Shown here one piece after another: positions 1 through 10,572 of a DNA stretch of 64,000 nucleotides. The DNA is from a virus. The notes beneath the pieces were generated by a model that was not told where the DNA came from, ran no database searches, and saw only the letters and a program-made list of their open reading frames with translations. Each line of letters starts with the position of its first letter. Within the stretch, counting starts at the first letter, position 1. The stretch is taken from positions 101,638 through 165,637 of IMG/VR virus record IMGVR_UViG_3300023110_001773. One strand, written 5' to 3'. Position numbers and translations under genes: made by a program.

Positions 1-1919
1 TCTCCGTTTAAATCATAGAGAAGTAAATCGGCAACACCGTTGTTTCCGTTGGGATCATTATAGAAAAGAACTCTAGCATCTTTGAGATCACCTCCACGAA
101 GTTTTACATCATAAACAAAAATTCGGTGTACAGCACTAGCTGTTCCAATAGTTCCACCAATGTGTTTTACACTGCGAACTCTACACGTTCCGAGAACGGT
201 GGCAGGAGCAGAAGTAGAACCAAAAGAACCACTGCCATAATTGTTTGGATCACCGTCCCCAGTAGCAGCGTAAGCTGGACTTAGGTTCGGACTAACCCCA
301 TAGTGTCCAAGTTGTACTTGAGCGCCTTGTTCTAAGTTCCAATTACCAACAACTTCAACACAATCGAAAAAATTACCATAAGACAAAGAGACATCTAACG
401 CTTCTTGAATTTTTGTTGACGTTCCTTTTCTTATTTTGACATAATTGTTTTGTATGAACTCTCTGCGATACCCGTCAACATAAGCAATGCCTGGGGATAC
501 CTTAGCAACTACAAAGTTTGGATCGCCTGGGTCTGTTGCATCGGTTGCATAATGATATCCATCATTGTCAATTCTATAGGAGTCTCCACGGTATTGAAAA
601 ACAACACTTCCAGAAGTTGCAGTGCCTTCGGTGTGGGTTGGTGGAATTGTATGATCAGAGGTGCCATTACCATTGACTACCTCGTAGAGATTTCCATTGT
701 GGTTTACAAATGTTCCTCTAGCAAAAGACTCATCAGTGCTAAGGTTAAAAGTAACGCCCCTTACGGTTCTAAGGTGTTCGATGATTTCTAACGTGAATGG
801 ATTAATAACATAATCACCAGATTCTTCACTGGTTCTTCTAGCTAAAGTTTTTCCTAGTTCAGAAAGTTCTTTTAATTCTTCATTTAGTTTTTTCTGAAGT
901 CTTCCGTTTACAATTTTATAAACAGAAGTAAAATTTTCTGGAAATTCATAATAGGTAAATTCTACGGAACCACTTGTTACGGAACCAGAAAGATGTACTG
1001 GAGCTCCATCACTAGAAGGAGAAGTACCAGCAGAAGTAACCTCGTAAATATTTCCTTCGTAAGCAACATGGTCACCAAGTTTGTAGAAAGTACTATTAGC
1101 GTATTCACTACCAAAAGGAACCTTTGTAAGTGTGGTAGTAATTTTTGTTCTATCTGCGCCAGGTGCATTATAATTAAATGCGCCAGTAGCTGGATCAAGA
1201 AGAGTGCCATCGTCATCAGATGTTACAATTTCTTCGTTTAGAACTACACCCAGAAAGTAGTTGACTTTTGCTGTATATGGGTCTAATCTAATTTTCTGTG
1301 TTTCGTGTTTAATAAAACGACCTTGTGCATACAATACGCCTTCTGGCATACTGAAGTCCAAGATCATACCATAAAAGTTGTTTGTGAAACTGGTTAAATC
1401 AGTATCAGTATTTACAACAAATGTATCACCATTTCTATCAGAATTTGTACTTACAACAGTAAGGGTTTCTCCAGAATCAAATCTTTTATTGATACCGTCT
1501 CCCCTGAGTTCTTCGTTCCCCTTCACATACTGAAGGTAGATAACTTTTTTGTCGGTAACTTCTGTTTGAACGCCAGTTTTTACATCGTAGACAATCGCTT
1601 CTATACCAGTCGTAGAACCTACAAGTTTGTCACCAATATAATTTGCAAGAGTATCATTTGAGACCGTACTTCCGTTTGAGTCCGTATCGTTGATCTTCAC
1701 ATAATCAACAATTAGGGGTTCTGCCTCGCAACCACGAACAGCTGCACCATCTACAAATACATAATCAGCAAAATCTTTTATGGTTTCATAAAAATAATCT
1801 TGCATCTGTGTAAGTTCACGAGCCTGAACAGCAACGCCAGGCTTAAAGACAACTCGATTGAATTTTTTATTCGGATCGAAATCGTCATAATATGGAGATA
1901 CGTTTAGATTAATTGCCAT
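1..1919 (-). CDS. Large VrlC/DUF4815-like virion structural protein (runs off window start)
   Basis: Not in the ORF track. ATG at 1919 reads MAINLNVSPYYDDFDPNKKFNRVVFKPGVAVQARELTQMQ, the typical N-terminus of VrlC-like proteins that follow gp8 in T4-like phages. Confidence 0.8.
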   Translation of the reverse strand, partial: MAINLNVSPYYDDFDPNKKFNRVVFKPGVAVQARELTQMQDYFYETIKDFADYVFVDGAAVRGCEAEPLIVDYVKINDTDSNGSTVSNDTLANYIGDKLVGSTTGIEAIVYDVKTGVQTEVTDKKVIYLQYVKGNEELRGDGINKRFDSGETLTVVSTNSDRNGDTFVVNTDTDLTSFTNNFYGMILDFSMPEGVLYAQGRFIKHETQKIRLDPYTAKVNYFLGVVLNEEIVTSDDDGTLLDPATGAFNYNAPGADRTKITTTLTKVPFGSEYANSTFYKLGDHVAYEGNIYEVTSAGTSPSSDGAPVHLSGSVTSGSVEFTYYEFPENFTSVYKIVNGRLQKKLNEELKELSELGKTLARRTSEESGDYVINPFTLEIIEHLRTVRGVTFNLSTDESFARGTFVNHNGNLYEVVNGNGTSDHTIPPTHTEGTATSGSVVFQYRGDSYRIDNDGYHYATDATDPGDPNFVVAKVSPGIAYVDGYRREFIQNNYVKIRKGTSTKIQEALDVSLSYGNFFDCVEVVGNWNLEQGAQVQLGHYGVSPNLSPAYAATGDGDPNNYGSGSFGSTSAPATVLGTCRVRSVKHIGGTIGTASAVHRIFVYDVKLRGGDLKDARVLFYNDPNGNNGVADLLLYDLNG

Positions 1920-1928
1920 CTTTTTTCC

Positions 1929-3536
1929 CTAGAACGTAAAAATTAATTTTACGGTTTCAACTTGATCCTCATCTCTGGTGATCGGTTTTCTGTTATCGAA
2001 GTATAGTAATTCACCAGAACTAGTATCTATTTCTGGTTGTGTGAGAGTATTACTATTTATAGTCAATCCAGAGATGTCCTTAGTAATATTTGTGAGAAGA
2101 TCAGAGTTTGATATTCCAGCAACCGTTTCCAAAAGATATACGGTATCATCTGTACCATCGGTATTTCCGTCTCTAACTTGAGTAACAACAAATTCCCCAT
2201 TACTTTCTGTAGATATAATATCATCTGGTTCATAACTAGTGGGGGCGTTTGTTCCAATAGTCCAGCAAGAACTACCAGTTGCTTCTGCAAACAGTGTAGT
2301 TGTATCGTACTGATAAATATTTTTTAACAGACCAACCTGCCTGTAATCATTGCCAGTTACTAAGTCTTGTGAATCATTATCAAATGAAACGGTAATACCT
2401 ACTCTTCTAGCAAACAATTCTTGTTGTGGATTTGCACCGTGACCAGCCCAAGGAGAAATTATTATTCTGAAGGATGCTCCACTACCTCCGCCAGAAACCT
2501 GATTTAAAACAACATTTGCTTTCGTATATCCGCTGCCTGGATTCGTAATAGAAACAGACTCTACATTTCCGTTTGAGTTTATAAAAATAGAAGCATCGGC
2601 ACCTTCGCCATCTCCTTCGATGGTAATAGTAGTATCTCCGTTTACATAATCAGAACCAAGATCAGTAATTAATATATTGTCAATTGTTCCACCAACTGCT
2701 GTGCTTTCTACAGCGGTCTGCAAGGTGGGACTTTCTGTTGACCCCAAATTAGCATCAGCCCTTGCAATGCTAGTATACCCACCGCCGGTTAGAACAACGT
2801 CAGCAAAACTATATCCATACCCACCATTGGTAATATTTATTGCACTAACAGCACCACCAGAAACGGTTGCAGTAGCTACTGCACCAACACCATCTCCCTG
2901 TATGGTAACAATAGGAGAAGAAGTATATCCAGTTCCACCATTGCTTATAGTTATAGAATCTATCTCACCATTGATATCAAATGATGGTTCTCCAGACCCA
3001 GATACTTTTCTAACTGGCATGTAATTGTCCGATAGAAATTTAGTTCTGTCGGAAGAACCGATTTGAAACATAAATTTCCACTTATAACCATCAATAGATT
3101 CAAATATTTCTGTACCTGTTCCATCTGGTTTTACTGTACTAGCAGTGTTGGAATTATTATCCATACACTTATAGACATTATAATCATCTGTAAGCACATA
3201 AAAATTTGCATCTTGTAGATTGTCAGCACCAGAATTACTAAGATTTTCTGGACTTAGTGCATCGTCATACTTATCATAAACCGTGCCACTTACCCAATCT
3301 ATTCTTCTAGCAAGCATGGCTACATCGGCGTTTTGGACTTTCTTTACAAAAAGAATGTCACGCCTAAACTGAGAAATATCAACCCGATTATCATAAGATG
3401 TGTCGGGTGATGTATCTGTTGTCCAAGTTTGAGTACGAGAGGCCGCTAGATAATATCTATCATTTCCGTTGTAGATATCTCTATAAAACGACCTAGCTTG
3501 TTGTACCCTAGCTTGGTCTCGTATTAATATAGCCAT
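1929..3536 (-). CDS. Baseplate wedge subunit gp8-like, with inserted GxGY repeat modules
   Basis: RRIDWVSGTVYD, FYVLTDDYNVYKC, DGYKWKFMF and C-terminal SGELLYFDNRKPITR motifs; synteny. Confidence 0.85.
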   Translation of the reverse strand: MAILIRDQARVQQARSFYRDIYNGNDRYYLAASRTQTWTTDTSPDTSYDNRVDISQFRRDILFVKKVQNADVAMLARRIDWVSGTVYDKYDDALSPENLSNSGADNLQDANFYVLTDDYNVYKCMDNNSNTASTVKPDGTGTEIFESIDGYKWKFMFQIGSSDRTKFLSDNYMPVRKVSGSGEPSFDINGEIDSITISNGGTGYTSSPIVTIQGDGVGAVATATVSGGAVSAINITNGGYGYSFADVVLTGGGYTSIARADANLGSTESPTLQTAVESTAVGGTIDNILITDLGSDYVNGDTTITIEGDGEGADASIFINSNGNVESVSITNPGSGYTKANVVLNQVSGGGSGASFRIIISPWAGHGANPQQELFARRVGITVSFDNDSQDLVTGNDYRQVGLLKNIYQYDTTTLFAEATGSSCWTIGTNAPTSYEPDDIISTESNGEFVVTQVRDGNTDGTDDTVYLLETVAGISNSDLLTNITKDISGLTINSNTLTQPEIDTSSGELLYFDNRKPITRDEDQVETVKLIFTF

Positions 3537-3558
3537 TAGGCAAACTCCTAATTAATTA

Positions 3559-4008
3559 TTAGGAGTCGCTTACGGTCAGCGTCCAAGTAATTTTTAACGT
3601 ATCCGCCGCTGCTTTATTCACAACTGAAAATACCGTCCGGCAAAGAAGAGTACCGCCAGTAGAGTTGTTCAAGATACCAGCTTCAACAACAGCACCAGTA
3701 CCAGTGCCAGCAGGAAAATCTCCAACATAGGTTACTGCATTACTCGTAACTGTGGTGGACGTAAGTGTAACCCGACCAAGTTCACCACCAAGAGCAGTGT
3801 CGCCAGATGCGGCAGCAGTGGTGTCTGAACCAATAGCCATGTGAGACATAGCAGTGGCGGTTGCATCTTTCATACGAGATGCGATATAGTCAAGACCATC
3901 AGCAACAACAACGTTGGTTGTGTCTTGAGTGTGAATCAGGTTTCCGTCCTTATCGAACTGTTCGATAGTGAGTTTACCCTTTGCATTAAAGGCACTAGAT
4001 TGTAACAT
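3559..4008 (-). CDS. Small virion/tail-associated structural protein
   Basis: NVVVADG, HMAIG, EAGILN, DTLKITW pattern common to phage tail proteins; late promoter and GGAG RBS upstream. Confidence 0.65.
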   Translation of the reverse strand: MLQSSAFNAKGKLTIEQFDKDGNLIHTQDTTNVVVADGLDYIASRMKDATATAMSHMAIGSDTTAAASGDTALGGELGRVTLTSTTVTSNAVTYVGDFPAGTGTGAVVEAGILNNSTGGTLLCRTVFSVVNKAAADTLKITWTLTVSDS

Positions 4009-4048
4009 GTTTGTTCTCCTTTGGGATTTTGTTTTGCCTTGATTTACT

Positions 4049-4056
4049 TATTTATA
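4049..4056 (-). promoter_or_regulatory. T4-type late promoter TATAAATA
   Basis: Exact consensus upstream of 3559..4008. Confidence 0.75.
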
Positions 4057-4063
4057 AAACTTT

Positions 4064-7000
4064 TTAAAAGTTTACTACAGTATCCGCCACATAATCTTCC
4101 GCAAAATATGTTAAGTCTACTGTGAATGATTGTGATATGAGACTACCCTCATCATCAACATTAAATATATCCGACTTCGTATTTGTAGATTCAAATGCAG
4201 TCAAATCATTTAATCCAATGGTGTCAGTCGATAAAGTTGTAATATCAAAGTTGTTTATCGAATCTCCAGCAGAGAAAGTTTGTGCTGGAATGACTCCAAT
4301 ATTTAGTCCATCGATTGTATCCGCAGTAGAGAATGCGTCAGATAAAGTTGGTTGAGCCTCTATAGAAACTGTTTGAAGAACTCTTAGAGAATCGGACTGG
4401 ATGGTGGTTATATCAAATGATGTTGAATCATCTACGTCAAAAGTATCTGTCAAATTCTTTCCAAACGATTCTATGGACAAGTCTTGTATAACAGCAACTC
4501 TATTTTCTTGTAATTTTTCTTTGAAAAGTTCAACCGCATCATCTTCCATCGTAACGGAATCATCTACTAGTCTTCCTCTTTCAAAGAGAATAGATGTGTC
4601 ATCCAACTCTACAGAATCAGATGGATTTCTAAAGAATACGAAAGACAGAACAAGCGAATCATCGATTAGAATCGTCTCCCCACTTGGAAGGGTTCTTCTT
4701 ACATAATCGTCATCTGGATTGGCATGCTGGAAGAAGTAGGGATCGCCAAGCGCTGTGCCGTCAGAAGTAGCATAGAGAGTATCTACTGCACTGGCGCCTC
4801 CCGTGACTTCAATCTCAACATTCAACGAGGTAATTACATCGTTAATTTGGAATAGTTCTGTTCCTCTCTCTGGGTCTTGATTAAGGAACTGTACATAATC
4901 CTCCAAGAAATAGTCTGTTGCATATCCACCAACGTTGGTGGAATCGAACACCATTTCAATATCTTTATAAGGATTTCCTAGTAACACATAATCTTCTAAG
5001 AAGTAGTCACCAGTTTGAAGTCTCTCCACATAGTCATCATTTTCATTTGGATATCTAAAGAAGTATGGATCACCAAGCGTTGAACCATCAGAAGTAGCAT
5101 AGAAGTTTTCTACTTCTGTACCCTGAAAGGTATATGGCCCAAACTCTGAGTTAGCTCCAACGCCATCTGATCTGACAGCATGTATATCCAGTTTATTAAC
5201 AACACTTGCAATATTTTGTCTATCAGCAAAACCATCGCCTGGGAATATGGACTCTATGACATCGTTCTTAGAAAAATCCCTAGTAACATCTTCGTCAGAA
5301 ATTAATACCGTTTCAATATCTGGATACTTGAAGAACATGTAGACATCTGTTTCGACATTAAAATTGCCAGAGAGATCAACAGATTGTCTTATTTGTAAAT
5401 TACCAAAAAGTCCAAATCCAATTGGGTGAGCAGCTCTTCTTACATAATCATTCCACTCTGATTGTGGTCTTTCGCTTTCAATTTCATAAGAGAAGTTTTG
5501 ATAAATTCTATTATCAAACAATCTGTTTGCATCCGATAAGAAACTTCCTGCGTCTTCGTATACTCCAGCAAGTAGTGCATTAAATCCAGTTGTTAAATCA
5601 ATAACACAAGTATTGCCAGTATTCGAAGTAATATTGAATTGGAAGTCGGCACGGAAGAATCCAACACCAACTGCGATAATATCAAAAGCAGATGGATATC
5701 CATTGGAGTCAACTTTTGATATTTTGATATATCCTTTATTATCAATGCCAGTTAAAGTATAATCTTCAGCAAAATAATCAATAGCATAGACACCAAGAAT
5801 GTCTCCAGTCTCGGAAATTTTAAATGTTTGTCCTACTTTAAAACCACCGTTGGTTGTAGAAGAACCTTCTGCAATAGAATTAAATGATGCAGAATTAAGA
5901 ACTCTGGATGGATAGGCTCGAATATTAAAGAACCCAGACTCCCCCTCAAGAGTAATATAAGTTAAAATAGAAGCAACATTTATTGCTAAATCTGGTCTGT
6001 TGTTATATCCTCTACCCTGTTGATTAGCAACAAAGACAGTTGAAGTAATTGTACCATCTGTTAGTCGAGTATCAATTACTGCATTAGAAGAAATGGTGTC
6101 TAAAGAATTTGGTCGTATTGTAACACTTGGGTTTGCACTAAATCCAGTACCGCCATCCAAAATTAAAACATTATCAATCTTACCAGAAGATATTTGATCT
6201 ACTTTAAATTTTACAGATGGCGTACCACTTCCACCAAAAAATGTGGTGGGTATTTCAATTATTTCGTTTGGTTGAAAGTTGGTTCCATTATCGACCACAG
6301 TAATATTGGAAACAGAATTTCCAGAAATAACAACAGTGAATTCTCCTCCAGAACTATCCGTTGTTTTGTGCGAATCAAAACTTACAAATCTAAATTTAGA
6401 AGTCCCATTTAGTTCATCACCAGATTCATGTGTTGGGCCAGTACCAACAGAATCGGTGGTTCCTTCGTTCACCGTGACGTATATTTTTGAGTTTGCTTTT
6501 ACATATGTGCCGACTTCATACACGGTATTGTTAGTATATTCAACATCAAGATAACTTTCATAGTCTGCATCGGTTACAGTGTAAATCCCGTCTACAACAG
6601 AAGAACTGGGGTTTTCAAATGATCCATTAGAACCAGTACCAGTTATTGTAGATATTTCGCCAGATACATAAGCTAGCAGTTGTTCGTCATATCCAGATTG
6701 ACCTACTCCAGGCCCAACGATATCGAAAGTGGCGGGAAGATCAAGAGTCAATTCATATACTTGTGGGGAAGTATATGATATCTTTTTAACTCGCTGAACA
6801 GTAGTAGTTTTTTTATAGTAATTTGTTGCGGCGCCTTCGGATACAGCATAATGAATGTCAATTCTTTTTCCCTGCAAATCATCTACATTTGGGACTTGAG
6901 CCTCATAAACCTTTACGACATAATCTTGTCTCCATCTGTTTGAGGACGGCCTTAAAACAAATTGTCCAGAATTTCTTAAAGAAACATTTTCATTATACAA

Positions 7001-7927
7001 AACTTTGAAAAGGTATTTCGTAGCTTCCACACTACCCTTAGCAGTGTAGAAACTATTAATATCTTTTATTACTCTTGATAATTTCGCTGCTTGATTTAAT
7101 GGAAAGTCTTTAGCATAATCATGGAAAAATTCTCTGATAAAATTATCATCAGTGTTTATACTTCCATCATCATTAAAATCAACATCGAGTTTTGATAAAA
7201 AATCTTGGAGTACTTTTAACGGGCCGTGTTTAGTATTGTCAATTGAGTTCGTTTGTTCCATGAACTCATAATATTTTTCAAACAGAGTTTTGAAGAGGGG
7301 AAACTCTTCTTGTAATACTTCTGGAATTTGTTCGCCAACAAATGGAGATATTTTTGGTTGAGCATAAACATAGTTTTTAAAAACTTTATCAATTTCTGTA
7401 CTAAATGTAGCTCCTGATCCATTATTGATTTTTACAATAGATGCAATAATTTCTGGATCATCTTCCATCCCACCCATCTCAATTGGGTCGATAGTAATCC
7501 TATCTCCTTCTCTGTATAGTGCATTACCATCATCATTGGTTGAAAAAGTAGAGTAACCAAATTCGTCAACAGTTATGTTTACTGTCAACCCAGAACCGTC
7601 AGCAGAATCAGTAGTGGTTGGAATGCCGATATATGTACCAGCATCAATTTCAGTGCTGGGATCAGATATCAGAGAGTAATCAGTAGGAAATCCGACAACA
7701 TAGGGGACTGGTGCTTCGATGTACCCATCACCGTCCTCTATAATATTAACTTCAGTAATACTTCCCCCAGTAACAACTACCTCTGCAACAGCTTGAACAG
7801 GTTCATCGTTGCTGCGATCTGGAGGAGGAATGATAAGTGTTGGGGGTTCAGAATATCCTGAGCCAGATGTTACAACAAATATCTCTTTGATGTATTCCTT
7901 AAATGTAGGGACTGTATGATTACTCAT
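4064..7927 (-). CDS. Baseplate wedge initiator gp7-like, extended with repeats
   Basis: FYTAKGSVEATKYLFKVLYNE and YQNFSYEIES...HPIGF motifs; directly follows gp6. Confidence 0.75.
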   Translation of the reverse strand: MSNHTVPTFKEYIKEIFVVTSGSGYSEPPTLIIPPPDRSNDEPVQAVAEVVVTGGSITEVNIIEDGDGYIEAPVPYVVGFPTDYSLISDPSTEIDAGTYIGIPTTTDSADGSGLTVNITVDEFGYSTFSTNDDGNALYREGDRITIDPIEMGGMEDDPEIIASIVKINNGSGATFSTEIDKVFKNYVYAQPKISPFVGEQIPEVLQEEFPLFKTLFEKYYEFMEQTNSIDNTKHGPLKVLQDFLSKLDVDFNDDGSINTDDNFIREFFHDYAKDFPLNQAAKLSRVIKDINSFYTAKGSVEATKYLFKVLYNENVSLRNSGQFVLRPSSNRWRQDYVVKVYEAQVPNVDDLQGKRIDIHYAVSEGAATNYYKKTTTVQRVKKISYTSPQVYELTLDLPATFDIVGPGVGQSGYDEQLLAYVSGEISTITGTGSNGSFENPSSSVVDGIYTVTDADYESYLDVEYTNNTVYEVGTYVKANSKIYVTVNEGTTDSVGTGPTHESGDELNGTSKFRFVSFDSHKTTDSSGGEFTVVISGNSVSNITVVDNGTNFQPNEIIEIPTTFFGGSGTPSVKFKVDQISSGKIDNVLILDGGTGFSANPSVTIRPNSLDTISSNAVIDTRLTDGTITSTVFVANQQGRGYNNRPDLAINVASILTYITLEGESGFFNIRAYPSRVLNSASFNSIAEGSSTTNGGFKVGQTFKISETGDILGVYAIDYFAEDYTLTGIDNKGYIKISKVDSNGYPSAFDIIAVGVGFFRADFQFNITSNTGNTCVIDLTTGFNALLAGVYEDAGSFLSDANRLFDNRIYQNFSYEIESERPQSEWNDYVRRAAHPIGFGLFGNLQIRQSVDLSGNFNVETDVYMFFKYPDIETVLISDEDVTRDFSKNDVIESIFPGDGFADRQNIASVVNKLDIHAVRSDGVGANSEFGPYTFQGTEVENFYATSDGSTLGDPYFFRYPNENDDYVERLQTGDYFLEDYVLLGNPYKDIEMVFDSTNVGGYATDYFLEDYVQFLNQDPERGTELFQINDVITSLNVEIEVTGGASAVDTLYATSDGTALGDPYFFQHANPDDDYVRRTLPSGETILIDDSLVLSFVFFRNPSDSVELDDTSILFERGRLVDDSVTMEDDAVELFKEKLQENRVAVIQDLSIESFGKNLTDTFDVDDSTSFDITTIQSDSLRVLQTVSIEAQPTLSDAFSTADTIDGLNIGVIPAQTFSAGDSINNFDITTLSTDTIGLNDLTAFESTNTKSDIFNVDDEGSLISQSFTVDLTYFAEDYVADTVVNF

Positions 7928-9833
7928 CGCTTACTCTTGGAACCATTGTTACGTTCAAACCTTTGCGAATATTATTTACAACATCTTCGGCAGCATCATC
8001 TAGTTGAAGGATGATGTTTCTCGCTGGTTGTGCAAAAACAGCATAATCCGCTTCCTCTGTTGTTCTAACAAGAATATCGGTAGAGATATTTTTAGAAGAT
8101 TCGTGTGGAGTAGAGACAACTCTGAAAATACTATTTCCAGCACCACTAATTGAGTCTATTCTCAAATCAACTATATCAAGTGCTCCAGTATCATAGTCAA
8201 TAGTCCCAACATTTTTGTCTACAATTTCGCCCCTTATTTTTGTTTTCAATTGCAGTATACCCCTACCACTGTACACTGGTGCGATAACATCTGGGTTTGG
8301 TTTGTCGCACAAAAATACTTCTACTTTAGAACCGTTTAAATCAGCAGTAAAATAATTTGATCTGATAGACAGAGGTAAAATTTTGTTATTAAATTTTGGT
8401 TCATATCTCGCAACACCACCTAAGACTGGATTCAATTTCTTAATCAATCTCATTTCAATTCCAGTTGCAACGATAGATTCTGAAATAGCATCGATATCTT
8501 TTGTTAATCTAGAATAATAAAAATTCTTTTTTAGAGCATTTACGTTCGTCTCAAAATGATTTTCTGTTCTTTGAACAATTAGTGACTTCAAAGAATCCGA
8601 TGACAACGTGGTTAATTTTTGGTCGTATGTAACGCTCGCATTGATACCAATATAAACATACTCTGGATCAACAAATTCTGGTGTCAGTCCAATAGGCATT
8701 CTATCATTAAGAACAGAATTTCTTATATTTTTTTTATCGTCTTCAGTGATAACAAAATTATCTTGCGGCTGCATAGAAATAAAAACCTTTCCATAAATGG
8801 GTGGGATATTATCTTCTCCGCCCCAAACGGCAACCGATTTAATATTTGGATTAGACTGTTTTATGGTAGATTCGTAGTCAGTTTTAGTTATTGTTCTACC
8901 CTTAGAAGCATTAAATCTTGGTGCATTGAATCGAATACTATCGGCTGTTTCTGCGGCAAATCCACCAGCAGATGCAGAAATAAGTTCACTACTTACACTT
9001 TCGCCAACGGCAGAAATTGCAGACGGGTAATTAAAAACTCTAGCACCATTTCCGTCTGCACCATTTGACACAACATAATCAACGATTACAATGTTTCCAA
9101 CTTCTAATGATTTGCCAAGAACATCATCACCAAAAACGATTTGATAGTGTCCATCAGTTCTTTCATCTAAATAGAAAACTTTAGATGTAGATGTGACATC
9201 CAAAACATTGTCAACGATGTTGAAGGTTTCTGTAGATGCGTTGCGAGTAGAAGTCTGAACTTTGACCCTGATTGTCGTGGTGTCGATGTTATCATTTTCA
9301 AGAACAATTGGGCCAGAAGTAGTGGTGTTAGTAATAATCTGAGAAGTTGTGGTTCTAGTTCCTTCCACCAACCGTATGTTTTCAAATCTAAAAGCAGATA
9401 CCCCATCGACAACACTCTTGGTCACCGTATAATCATCTTGGGGGACAAACGATCTACTTTTTCCATTCACTGTGCTGGAAAATACACTGTCTCTTGGCAA
9501 CTGTAATGTACTACTTGTATAAGAAGCCGGGGGTCGAACAGTAAGATTAATTGTTGCTACGGAAGACCTAGTTGACCTTGGAGTATAACCCATAGTCTTA
9601 GCAATAGATACTACAGAATTTCTTCTTACAGCAGAATCAAGAAATGCCTCGTTTGCCACCATGTGGGCCAACACTGCATTATAATGTGTATTATAAGCAA
9701 GTAGGTCTACCAAAGTAGATAGACCAGAAGCTTCAAAACTATAATCAGAAAACTCGTCCTGATTTTGCAAAAAGACTCTTAGATTCTCTCTAATGTCAGC
9801 ATAGTCTAATTCGGTGACATTTTTAACTGGCAT
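7920..9833 (-). CDS. Baseplate wedge subunit gp6
   Basis: ELDYADIRENL, DYSFEASGLSTLVDLLAYNTHY, VWGGED..PP.YGKVFIS motifs. Confidence 0.93.
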   Translation of the reverse strand: MPVKNVTELDYADIRENLRVFLQNQDEFSDYSFEASGLSTLVDLLAYNTHYNAVLAHMVANEAFLDSAVRRNSVVSIAKTMGYTPRSTRSSVATINLTVRPPASYTSSTLQLPRDSVFSSTVNGKSRSFVPQDDYTVTKSVVDGVSAFRFENIRLVEGTRTTTSQIITNTTTSGPIVLENDNIDTTTIRVKVQTSTRNASTETFNIVDNVLDVTSTSKVFYLDERTDGHYQIVFGDDVLGKSLEVGNIVIVDYVVSNGADGNGARVFNYPSAISAVGESVSSELISASAGGFAAETADSIRFNAPRFNASKGRTITKTDYESTIKQSNPNIKSVAVWGGEDNIPPIYGKVFISMQPQDNFVITEDDKKNIRNSVLNDRMPIGLTPEFVDPEYVYIGINASVTYDQKLTTLSSDSLKSLIVQRTENHFETNVNALKKNFYYSRLTKDIDAISESIVATGIEMRLIKKLNPVLGGVARYEPKFNNKILPLSIRSNYFTADLNGSKVEVFLCDKPNPDVIAPVYSGRGILQLKTKIRGEIVDKNVGTIDYDTGALDIVDLRIDSISGAGNSIFRVVSTPHESSKNISTDILVRTTEEADYAVFAQPARNIILQLDDAAEDVVNNIRKGLNVTMVPRVSDE

Positions 9834-9845
9834 TTTTTTATCCTA

Positions 9846-10157
9846 TTAAATTATACTTACTGTTGGACTTAGAGTTTTCGGCGGCGGGCCAGAATCAATT
9901 CCTCCGCCGCATGTAGCTGTTGTTGTTGCTATTGCAACTCTAAGTCCAGCGATAGTGACTGTTGCTTTTGCACATGTAGACGGATCAATTGTTATTGTCC
10001 CTGTGTGACTACCGTGTGGTGCAACAACACTGCCTTCTAGAATTGGAACAGAACCACTTATTGTGACCCCCGCAGCTGCAGCTGCTGGGTTTGGTGTAAT
10101 TGCCGCAACACCCTGTCCATCTTTTATAACACCAGGCGCAACCCAAACAAATGACAT
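9846..10157 (-). CDS. PAAR-like spike tip protein (gp5.4-like)
   Basis: Small protein with PH..H and CGG metal-site pattern, located between gp25 and gp6. Confidence 0.7.
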   Translation of the reverse strand: MSFVWVAPGVIKDGQGVAAITPNPAAAAAGVTISGSVPILEGSVVAPHGSHTGTITIDPSTCAKATVTIAGLRVAIATTTATCGGGIDSGPPPKTLSPTVSII

Positions 10158-10555
10158 TATCGCAACCTCTCCAGAACAACACCCATAGATTGTATTTGTG
10201 TAATACCAATGACATAAAATCTAATTTCAACATCATATGTGTGTTGATCAATATTTGGCGTACATATAACCTCTTCTACTTTTACTCTCGGTTCATATGT
10301 AGTAATAGCATTATCTATTTCATTTGAAAGCATACTTGCAGTACTTCTACCAAAAGGTTCAAATAACATTCTTCTTATATTAGAACCGTACAATGGGTCA
10401 AATGGTTTTTCATAAAACTGGGTATTCATTAATATTTTTAAAGCTTGTTTGACCGCCTGAACATCCAATTTCTTGGAAATGTCCTTTGTATTGGGATTCA
10501 TCGAAAACGATAGATCGATGTCCTTGTAAAGTCTTGTCGGTGTATTGATAGGCAT
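10157..10555 (-). CDS. Baseplate wedge subunit gp25
   Basis: YKDIDLSF, EKPFDPLYGS, YEPRV motifs. Confidence 0.92.
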   Translation of the reverse strand: MPINTPTRLYKDIDLSFSMNPNTKDISKKLDVQAVKQALKILMNTQFYEKPFDPLYGSNIRRMLFEPFGRSTASMLSNEIDNAITTYEPRVKVEEVICTPNIDQHTYDVEIRFYVIGITQIQSMGVVLERLR

Positions 10556-10560
10556 AGTAT

Positions 10561-10568
10561 TATTTATA
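10561..10568 (-). promoter_or_regulatory. T4-type late promoter TATAAATA
   Basis: Exact consensus 5 nt upstream of the gp25 ATG. Confidence 0.75.
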
Positions 10569-10572
10569 ACCC

